Source of the DNA: an uncultured Pseudomonadales bacterium
GTDB taxonomy: Bacteria > Patescibacteriota > Microgenomatia > UBA1400 > PJMF01
Length of the DNA: 47,029 nt
Direction of reading: 5' to 3'
Assembly: GCA_964423285.1 (NCBI GenBank)
Contig: CAYREI010000003.1
Span: 1 to 47,029 of the forward strand
This document shows positions 1-5,947 of the stretch, piece after piece. A program made the translations under genes and the position numbers. Within the stretch, counting starts at the first letter, position 1. Each line of letters begins with the position of its first letter. The notes below the pieces were generated by a model. It saw only the letters and a list, made by a program, of their open reading frames with translations. It was not told the DNA's origin and searched no databases.

Positions 1-2
1 AT

Positions 3-73
3 TGCCCTGTAGTGAAATGGCATCACAATTGCCTCTGAAGCAGTTATTTTAGGTTCGAATCCTAACAGGGCAT
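3..73 (+). tRNA. tRNA-Gln (anticodon CUG)
   Basis: Hand-folded cloverleaf. Acceptor 3-9/66-72 (7 bp, U1-A72); D stem 12-15/23-26; anticodon stem 28-32/40-44. Loop CTCTGAA has T at position 33 and CTG at 35-37. 4-nt variable loop; T stem 49-53/61-65 with TTCGAAT loop. No encoded CCA. Confidence 0.85.
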
Positions 74-115
74 ACTTGCTTATTAGTGCATTAGAAGTTG
101 TTTCGGTCATAATTT

Positions 116-145
116 TTGTCAATTAATTTAAAATTTAGCTATAAT
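116..145 (+). promoter_or_regulatory. Sigma-70-like promoter for the lipoprotein gene: -35 TTGTCA, 18-nt spacer, -10 TATAAT
   Basis: TTGTCA at 116-121 and TATAAT at 140-145. The ATG at 155 lies 9 nt after the -10, implying a very short or absent 5' UTR. Confidence 0.4.
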
Positions 146-154
146 GTAAGCATT

Positions 155-559
155 ATGAAAAAATATTTTTTACTGCTGCCCTTATTTGCTTTTTTATTTG
201 CTGGTTGTAATAAAGTAGATAATCTAAAAAATACACCGTCAAATTCAGTGAATGATCAAGATGAGAAGAGTTCTCCAAGTTCCATACCAAAAAATTTAAT
301 TTCCTGCGATCCGGTTTATTTTGAACGCGATGCTAATGGTATTGTCCCTGATTGCAATACATTTAATGACGATAATAAGGTTTGTTCATATCACACTAAG
401 GAGCAAAACGACAAAATAAAAAATGAACCTATACAATATAAAAATGCTTGCTCAGCTTGTCGCTTTTATGGCGAAACTGGCGTGAGAAAGATCGGTTCTG
501 CCACATTTAATCATCATGGATATATTGAGAGCGGATGCGATGGTGTAATTTGGGAATAA
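155..559 (+). CDS. Small secreted lipoprotein, Cys-rich, with a Kazal-like cysteine signature
   Basis: MKKYFLLLPLFAFLFAGC is a signal peptide plus lipobox (LFAG|C). The mature part has six more Cys, including Y-K-N-A-C-S-A-C (Y-x-N-x-C-x-x-C). The track ORF start at 116 is a TTG inside the predicted -35 box, so I use ATG 155. Confidence 0.7.
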   Translation: MKKYFLLLPLFAFLFAGCNKVDNLKNTPSNSVNDQDEKSSPSSIPKNLISCDPVYFERDANGIVPDCNTFNDDNKVCSYHTKEQNDKIKNEPIQYKNACSACRFYGETGVRKIGSATFNHHGYIESGCDGVIWE

Positions 560-568
560 GTAAAAGGA

Positions 569-601
569 GAGTTCCTAACATAGTATAACAGTGCCATCGA
601 A
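569..601 (+). repeat. Copy 1 of ~33-nt gene-end direct repeat (gagttcctaacatagtataacagtgccatcgaa)
   Basis: Aligned by eye to copies at 2093, 3282, 4719 and 5906. Starts 10 nt after the TAA stop of the lipoprotein gene. Confidence 0.8.
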
Positions 602-603
602 TT

Positions 604-612
604 TGATATAAT
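604..612 (+). promoter_or_regulatory. Extended -10 element TGATATAAT, one of several candidate -10 boxes upstream of the 714 gene
   Basis: TGnTATAAT match at 604-612. Further TATAAT/TACAAT boxes lie at about 647-652 and 675-680. No experimental support. Confidence 0.3.
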
Positions 613-713
613 TTGATACTTTTATTATTTTATTTTTAATATATCCTATAATTTAGTTTTGAAAGTCTAAATAGTACAATTTCTGCCTTGATTATTAGAA
701 TTAGAGTGCTTTT

Positions 714-2102
714 ATGAATAAACAAGAACGAGGAGTTAGAAATACGAGCAATTTTTTTAAAAATCGTCCAATAAAGGGAGATATTTATTCATATACACCA
801 ATTCCCAATCCCGAAATTCATGAGAATGGTCAATCATTACTTAGATTGCCGATTAGATTAGTTGATGAAAAGTTAGACCCTCATAGCGTTTGGTCAAGAG
901 TTGAAAAATGGCTTATCTATTGGGAATCAAACGTTGCTAAGCGTTCAGATCCATTGCCAATTACAGATAAGATTCAGATTGCTAGACTTTCTTCTTCTGG
1001 TTATAGTGAGCGATTATTGGCAGAAAGCGCAAATAACAATTTTTTCAAATTTGCTGAATTGAGAGATAGTCCATACGGGCGTTCACAAATTAAATATTTT
1101 AAACACAGAGTAACTCAAGCTTTATATGCCGTATTAACTGAAGATGAAAAAGAAAAAATAGGTTTATTTCCACAAGAGAGAAATGGTTATGTAGGTCGTG
1201 TTGATCAGATATATAAAGTTTATCCTCAAATTCAAGAAATCATCTCAAAACTTTCTCAGGAAAAAGATTTTGAGATTATTTGGGAACGAAATCCGCATTT
1301 TAGCGATATTTTGATTAGGCTTCTTGACGGTGAAAATTTATTAGATGTAGCATTATCAGTTGGTTTTGACATAGATGGAGTTAGACACAATCCAGTTTTA
1401 ATAAATTCTATCGATGGAGCAACCGAGGCGTTTAAGCAAATGTTACTTAATGCTAGATATAACGGTCGATCTAGTTATACGACTTTGAGAAGGTTTGTTT
1501 TTGCAAAATTTTTTAATTATGGTCTTGATTGGCAGGGAAAAGATCCAGGGAAAAAATTTCACGAGATATCTTATAGATTATTAAATAATCCAAGTGGCGG
1601 AAAATTAGAACGTTTTATAGAATTAATTCCTGCTTTAGAATATATAAATATGTTGATTAATACTTCGCCCATTAATCGATCTTCTTTAGTACTTAAGGAA
1701 AGATTTCCAGGATTTATTATAAAAGATGGCAAAGCAGACATGACAACAGTATCAAGAGAAAAAATGTTTGATTACTTTAAAAGATTTAAAGACAATAAGA
1801 CAATTTCTCCGGGAATAATTTGTTTAGTTAGACATGTTGCGATGGGTGGATCTGTCAAACAAGTCGCTACTAGTTTAAAACAAATAGGCTTTAGAAGTTG
1901 CCAGCTTGGTATGGAGATGATAGTTGGAAAAGGATTGCTATTTATTGAGCAGATATTATTATCAAATGAAAGAAATTTTAATGAGATTGAAGACGATGAT
2001 CTTCGATCATTGTTTAAAAAAAGTACCAAATATGATATTGGATTTTTAATGAAAAAAATTGCTCAAGAAATAAAACAAAGCAAATTAATTAAAGATTCCT
2101 GA
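714..2102 (+). CDS. Hypothetical protein, 462 aa, no family recognised; up to three helix-turn-helix-like segments by eye
   Basis: Long uninterrupted ORF in an AT-rich background. Candidate HTH segments are IQIARLSSSGYSERLLAESA, ILIRLLDGENLLDVALSVG and LVRHVAMGGSVKQVATSLKQIG. The TGA stop lies inside repeat copy 2. Confidence 0.75.
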   Translation: MNKQERGVRNTSNFFKNRPIKGDIYSYTPIPNPEIHENGQSLLRLPIRLVDEKLDPHSVWSRVEKWLIYWESNVAKRSDPLPITDKIQIARLSSSGYSERLLAESANNNFFKFAELRDSPYGRSQIKYFKHRVTQALYAVLTEDEKEKIGLFPQERNGYVGRVDQIYKVYPQIQEIISKLSQEKDFEIIWERNPHFSDILIRLLDGENLLDVALSVGFDIDGVRHNPVLINSIDGATEAFKQMLLNARYNGRSSYTTLRRFVFAKFFNYGLDWQGKDPGKKFHEISYRLLNNPSGGKLERFIELIPALEYINMLINTSPINRSSLVLKERFPGFIIKDGKADMTTVSREKMFDYFKRFKDNKTISPGIICLVRHVAMGGSVKQVATSLKQIGFRSCQLGMEMIVGKGLLFIEQILLSNERNFNEIEDDDLRSLFKKSTKYDIGFLMKKIAQEIKQSKLIKDS

Positions 2103-2125
2103 CATAGTACAACAGTGTCATCGAA
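2093..2125 (+). repeat. Copy 2 of gene-end direct repeat (agattcctgacatagtacaacagtgtcatcgaa)
   Basis: 27/33 identical to copy 1 in my hand alignment. The TGA at 2100-2102 within the repeat is the stop codon of the 462-aa ORF. Confidence 0.8.
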
Positions 2126-2163
2126 ATTAAATATATATCTATATATCAATCTAAAATTAATTC

Positions 2164-2172
2164 TGATATAAT
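2164..2172 (+). promoter_or_regulatory. Extended -10 element TGATATAAT upstream of the ATP-grasp gene
   Basis: TGnTATAAT match 52 nt upstream of the TTG start. AGAGG Shine-Dalgarno 6 nt before the start. Confidence 0.35.
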
Positions 2173-2223
2173 AGACACTCCGTTTTAAATAATCCTAGAA
2201 TATTTTAAGAAAAAGAGGTTATC

Positions 2224-3291
2224 TTGTCTAAATTAATTTATGAATATTATTCCCCCAATGGTTTAAAAAAATCTGGGAATATAACTAACAGCTCTCGTCT
2301 AGTTATTAAAGAAGCAGAAAAGTTAGGTATTGGTTGGAAAATAGAGCCTGGAACTCAGATTATAACCCTAACTTATCAGGGGCAAGAAAAGTCATACTAT
2401 CATCAAGTACCTTCTTCGACCACCGCTCTGGCTCTCTATGCTTGCAATAATAAAAAAGTAACTACTAATTTATTAAAACAAGCGGGAGTCAATGTTCCTA
2501 AAGGATATAGAATCAAACGAAATCAAGAGCAAGACTATTTTTTAGAAGTTTTTTCTTTTTTGAAAAAACCTCTGGTAATAAAACCTACAGATGGGACTTG
2601 GGGAGAAAATATCACAGTTGGCATTAGAGATGAAAAAGAATATCTAGATGCAATAGAGCTGGCTTTTTCATATTCTTTGAAGAAAAGCACTGGGGCGATA
2701 GTTGAAGAAATGTTTTTTGGAGAAGAATATAGAATTCTTTTAACTAGAGAAAAAGTACTTGGAGTTTTAAAAAGGGTCCCAGCTAATGTAACTGGGAATG
2801 GTGAGTATTCAATTAAAAAATTAATCAAGTTAAAAAATAAAGAAGATATAAGAGGAAAAAAAGGCGGTGATAAGTCTCACCTTGAAATTATAATAGATAA
2901 AAAAATGAGATCTTTTTTAGATGAGCAAGAATTGGACTTAGGTTTTATCCCCCCTAAGGGGAAAAGGATTTTTTTGAGAAAAGTTTCAAATACTTCTCAA
3001 GGTGGAGAAGCAATTGATTTTACAGATAAAGTTCACCCTAGCGTTAGAAAAATAGCTCTTCAAGCCATTAGGGCTATACCTGGTCTTTCTTTTGCTGGTG
3101 TTGATTTTATGAGTTCGGACATTACTCAAAAACAAAATAATAACTCATATGTCATTATTGAGATTAATAGTTCACCGGGATTTGATATTCATGATTTCCC
3201 TTATAAGGGTAAAAATCGACACTCAGCCAGAGAGTTTTTACTACTTATGTTTCCTGATTTAAAAGAAAAATTTAGTTTAAAAGTTTCTTGA
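2224..3291 (+). CDS. ATP-grasp family ligase (RimK / cyanophycin-synthetase-N-domain-like), stand-alone
   Basis: LVIKPTDGTWGENITVGI, EEMFFGEEYRILL, RVPANVTGNGEYSIKKLI, SNTSQGGEAIDFTD and AGVDFM...IIEINSSPG are typical ATP-grasp elements. TTG start with an AGAGG RBS. The TGA stop lies inside repeat copy 3. Confidence 0.75.
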   Translation: MSKLIYEYYSPNGLKKSGNITNSSRLVIKEAEKLGIGWKIEPGTQIITLTYQGQEKSYYHQVPSSTTALALYACNNKKVTTNLLKQAGVNVPKGYRIKRNQEQDYFLEVFSFLKKPLVIKPTDGTWGENITVGIRDEKEYLDAIELAFSYSLKKSTGAIVEEMFFGEEYRILLTREKVLGVLKRVPANVTGNGEYSIKKLIKLKNKEDIRGKKGGDKSHLEIIIDKKMRSFLDEQELDLGFIPPKGKRIFLRKVSNTSQGGEAIDFTDKVHPSVRKIALQAIRAIPGLSFAGVDFMSSDITQKQNNNSYVIIEINSSPGFDIHDFPYKGKNRHSAREFLLLMFPDLKEKFSLKVS

Positions 3292-3315
3292 CATAGCACA
3301 AACAGCGCCATCAAA
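3282..3315 (+). repeat. Copy 3 of gene-end direct repeat (agtttcttgacatagcacaaacagcgccatcaaa), with a 1-nt insertion
   Basis: Hand alignment to copies 1, 2 and 4. The TGA at 3289-3291 is the stop of the ATP-grasp gene. Confidence 0.75.
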
Positions 3316-3324
3316 AATTAGACC

Positions 3325-3354
3325 TATAATTTGACACTTGCTACGACAAGTGTT
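3325..3354 (+). promoter_or_regulatory. -10 box TATAAT (3325-3330) followed by an 8-bp stem-loop at the predicted 5' end of a ~150-nt helicase leader
   Basis: Stem 3333-3340 (GACACTTG) pairs with 3347-3354 (CAAGTGTT; one G-U), 6-nt loop. ATG at 3486. The -10 context TATAATTTGACAC resembles TATAATTTGATAC after copy 1. Confidence 0.35.
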
Positions 3355-3485
3355 ACACTCACGTTTCGTTGATTGATGATTATCTTTCAACCTGGTTTAA
3401 GCTCGCAACATTTTTTAAGAATTTTTTCCTTAACTTCCTTGCTTCTTGTCTTTAGCCAATTTTATTTAATAAAGAAAGAAGCAAT

Positions 3486-4718
3486 ATGCAACATTCTAAT
3501 AATCGTGGCCGTGGTAGTGGCCGAAATAATTACTCCCAAAATAGAAATAATAACAGACGTTTTTCTCCGAGTAATGGAAGACGTAGAGCTGGTGGTGGTC
3601 GTAGACAGGCTACCTTTGATCCCAGTCATGTAATTATCCAAGCTGGATTAAAAAAGGCTGAGGTAGTCACAAAAAAATATCAAATCACTCATCAATTTAG
3701 TGATTTTGATATCAGCGATCAGCTAAAAAGAAATATCGCCGATCATGGTTACGTCATTCCCACTCCTATTCAAGACCAAGTAATTCCTCATATTATTAAT
3801 GGTCGTGATGTAGTCGGAATTGCTAACACTGGTACTGGTAAAACAGCGGCTTTCTTAATTCCTTTAATTAATAAAATTATTAAAAATGATCATGAAAAAG
3901 TTTTAATTATTACTCCTACAAGAGAACTAGCTATTCAGGCTAGAGATGAGCTGAGATCTTTTTCCAATAATTTGAGAATTCTTTCAACAGTCTGTATCGG
4001 CGGATCATCTATTAACCGTCAAATAGATTCTTTAAGCAAGAGACCTCATTTTGTGATTGGTACTCCTGGTAGGATCAAAGATCTTAATCAAAGAAAGAAA
4101 CTTAAATTTGAGCAGTTTTCTAACATTGTTCTTGATGAAGTAGATCGAATGCTAGATATGGGTTTTGTTCATGAGATTAGGGCAATTATTAATCATTTGC
4201 CTAAGAATAGGCAATCTTTGTTTTTTTCAGCTACTATGACTGACAGAGTCAGGGAAATAATGAAAGGCTTTTTAAAAAATCCTATTTCTATCTCGGTGAA
4301 AACTCAAGATATGATCGCTAATGTAAGTCAAGAGATTGTGAAGATAAAAGGACGTTCCAAAATTAATGTTCTAGATGATTTATTGCGAACTAAAGATTTT
4401 AATAAAGTTTTAGTTTTTGGCCGCACCAAACGTGGTGCTGAAAATTTATCAAAAAAACTTCAACACAGAGGTTTTAGAGTTAATGCTATTCATGGTAATA
4501 AATCTCAGGGGCAACGACAGCGAGCTTTAAAGGAATTTAAGACTAATAAACTTCAAGCTTTAATTGCAACTGATGTGATTTCTCGAGGATTGGATATTGA
4601 TAATGTGACTCACGTGATCAATTACGACCTTCCAGAATCATATGAATGCTACATCCACCGGATTGGTAGAACTGGTCGAGCTGATCGCGTTGGCACTGCC
4701 CTGACTTTCATTGAATAA
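3486..4718 (+). CDS. DEAD-box ATP-dependent RNA helicase with an N-terminal Arg/Gly/Asn-rich tail
   Basis: Q motif (FSDF...TPIQ), motif I ANTGTGKT, Ia PTRELA, II DEVD (variant of DEAD), III SAT, VI HRIGRTGR. The first ~45 aa are RG/RN-rich (RGRGSGRNN...RRRAGGGRR). Confidence 0.9.
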   Translation: MQHSNNRGRGSGRNNYSQNRNNNRRFSPSNGRRRAGGGRRQATFDPSHVIIQAGLKKAEVVTKKYQITHQFSDFDISDQLKRNIADHGYVIPTPIQDQVIPHIINGRDVVGIANTGTGKTAAFLIPLINKIIKNDHEKVLIITPTRELAIQARDELRSFSNNLRILSTVCIGGSSINRQIDSLSKRPHFVIGTPGRIKDLNQRKKLKFEQFSNIVLDEVDRMLDMGFVHEIRAIINHLPKNRQSLFFSATMTDRVREIMKGFLKNPISISVKTQDMIANVSQEIVKIKGRSKINVLDDLLRTKDFNKVLVFGRTKRGAENLSKKLQHRGFRVNAIHGNKSQGQRQRALKEFKTNKLQALIATDVISRGLDIDNVTHVINYDLPESYECYIHRIGRTGRADRVGTALTFIE

Positions 4719-4751
4719 GAGTTCCTGACAGAGCACAACGGCGTCATACTT
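4719..4751 (+). repeat. Copy 4 of gene-end direct repeat (gagttcctgacagagcacaacggcgtcatactt)
   Basis: Starts immediately after the TAA stop of the helicase. Shares ttcctgaca, acaac and gtcat blocks with copy 2. It is the copy closest to the 3' end of tRNA-Gln. Confidence 0.7.
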
Positions 4752-4790
4752 GAGGAATCTTATTAGTACGGTTAGAATCGTTTTCTCAAG

Positions 4791-4799
4791 TGATATACT
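4791..4799 (+). promoter_or_regulatory. Extended -10-like element TGATATACT, 6 nt upstream of the ATG at 4806 (leaderless-type arrangement)
   Basis: TGnTATACT at 4791-4799. A start site about 7 nt after the -10 would coincide with the A of the ATG. No Shine-Dalgarno is possible. Confidence 0.3.
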
Positions 4800-4805
4800 T
4801 TCTTT

Positions 4806-5915
4806 ATGAAAAGATTTGTTTTTTGTTTTTTTATAACATTAATTTCTTTTATAGGTTTTACAAAAGATGTTTCAGCTCAGGGGGTTGAAAGTCAAGTAAA
4901 AGAGGGTAGGGTGATTGAGATTCTAGAAGCTGGTAAAAAGTCATTTTTAGATGAATTGGTGGACTTTCAGGTATTAAAAATTGAAGTTACTAAGGGAGAT
5001 GAAGAAAGTAAATCAATTGAAATTGAAAATTCAGCTATTGGGTTGGGAATGGTTGATATCAGATATCAAAAATATCAAGTAGATGATCAATTAAAAATTT
5101 TGACCCAACAAGATATTGAAGGTAATATATTTTATTCAATTGAGGGTAAAGTTAAGCGTAGAGGATTATTGACTTTAACTTTTATTTTTATTGCAGTAGT
5201 TTTAGCAGTGGGAAAATTATGGGGAGCTTTATCTTTAGCAGGATTATTTATTTCATTTTTAGTTATTTTTAAATTGATTCTGCCTTTAATCATTAAAGGG
5301 GTGAATCCAGTTCTAGTGGCAATTTTAGGTTCATTGATTATTATTCCGTCTACTTTTTATATTTCTCATGGATTTAATAAAAAAACTCATGTAGGAGTGA
5401 TTTCAACTTTTATTAGTTTAATTATTACTGGCTTGCTAGCAGTTTATTTTGTTGACGCTACCCATTTAACAGGTTTTGCTTCTGAGGAAGCAGGTTTTCT
5501 ACAAGTTGAAAGACAGGGAATGATTGATATCAGAGGATTACTTTTGGCAGGAATTATTATTGGGACTCTTGGTATTTTAGATGATGTAACTATTGGACAA
5601 GCTTCTACTGTTAGACAATTAAAGAAAGCAAATCCTAAAATGGGTTGGCTAGATTTATTTAAAAAAGGAATGAAGGTAGGGCGAGATCATGTCTCTTCAA
5701 TGGTCAATACTTTAGTATTAGTTTATTCTGGCTCATCTTTACCTTTACTATTATTATTTTTTGATAGTCAAAAAACTTTTATCGATGTTCTAGAATTTGA
5801 ATTAATTGCAGAAGAAATAGTCAGAATGCTAGTAGGAAGCATTGGTTTAGTTTTAGCAGCTCCCATGGCTACTATTTTAGCTGCCTATTTATTCAGTAAA
5901 GATAAAGATTCTTGA
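4806..5915 (+). CDS. YibE/F-like polytopic membrane protein
   Basis: N-terminal signal/TM plus a soluble ~110-aa domain, then multiple hydrophobic helices and a GILDDVTIGQAS motif. The family assignment is from memory of PF07907-type architecture. The TGA stop lies in partial repeat copy 5. Confidence 0.6.
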   Translation: MKRFVFCFFITLISFIGFTKDVSAQGVESQVKEGRVIEILEAGKKSFLDELVDFQVLKIEVTKGDEESKSIEIENSAIGLGMVDIRYQKYQVDDQLKILTQQDIEGNIFYSIEGKVKRRGLLTLTFIFIAVVLAVGKLWGALSLAGLFISFLVIFKLILPLIIKGVNPVLVAILGSLIIIPSTFYISHGFNKKTHVGVISTFISLIITGLLAVYFVDATHLTGFASEEAGFLQVERQGMIDIRGLLLAGIIIGTLGILDDVTIGQASTVRQLKKANPKMGWLDLFKKGMKVGRDHVSSMVNTLVLVYSGSSLPLLLLFFDSQKTFIDVLEFELIAEEIVRMLVGSIGLVLAAPMATILAAYLFSKDKDS

Positions 5916-5921
5916 GATAGT
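5906..5921 (+). repeat. Copy 5 (5' half only) of gene-end direct repeat (agattcttgagatagt)
   Basis: 14/16 identical to the first 16 nt of copy 2, after which similarity is lost. As in copy 2 it encodes ...KDS-stop. Confidence 0.55.
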
Positions 5922-5947
5922 TAAATATCCCAACCAATGCATTTTAT

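Noticed and set aside
116-154. N-terminal extension of the lipoprotein ORF (track start at 116)
   Set aside because: The start is a TTG that coincides with the predicted -35 hexamer. The lipoprotein signal peptide begins cleanly at ATG 155.
569-601. Sigma-54 promoter on the minus strand (TGGCAC in the reverse complement of copy 1)
   Set aside because: The GG-N10-GC spacing is not met (CT instead of GC at the -12 position), and TGGCAC is present only in copy 1.
155-3291. Graspetide/microviridin-type RiPP locus (ATP-grasp plus a protease-inhibitor-like peptide)
   Set aside because: The ATP-grasp is separated from the Cys-rich lipoprotein by an unrelated 462-aa gene and by repeat/promoter boundaries. 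The lipoprotein has a Sec/lipobox signal rather than a RiPP leader. No small precursor ORF flanks the ligase.
3287-3331. TTGACA inside repeat copy 3 (and TGACA in copies 2 and 4) acting as a -35 box for the downstream TATAAT
   Set aside because: Spacing to the nearest -10 is ~31 nt in copy 3 and differs widely in the other copies, which is incompatible with a 16-19-nt sigma-70 spacer.
3373-3633. 86-aa ORF overlapping the helicase leader and start
   Set aside because: It starts at a TTG, is hydrophobic low-complexity, and overlaps the RG-rich N-terminus of the well-supported DEAD-box gene in another frame. It is likely a frame shadow.
2100-5915. UGA read-through or an alternative genetic code at the TGA embedded in the repeats
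   Set aside because: Read-through would add only short, non-conserved peptides before the next stop. RF2, which reads UGA, is intact, and TGA terminates well-defined homologous proteins elsewhere in the window.
569-5921. Integron gene-cassette array with attC sites (CALIN-like)
   Set aside because: One gene per repeat and a shared orientation fit. However, the repeats lack the imperfect inverted-repeat R''-L''/L'-R' architecture: there is no GTTRRRY core paired with the CCTAAC-like half. They are only ~33 nt long, each gene has its own promoter-like element, and no intI is in the window. I keep only the generic 'recombination scar' possibility.
569-5921. CRISPR array
   Set aside because: The repeats are 1.2-1.5 kb apart with full-length genes between them and are only ~80 percent identical. 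There are no short uniform spacers and no cas genes.
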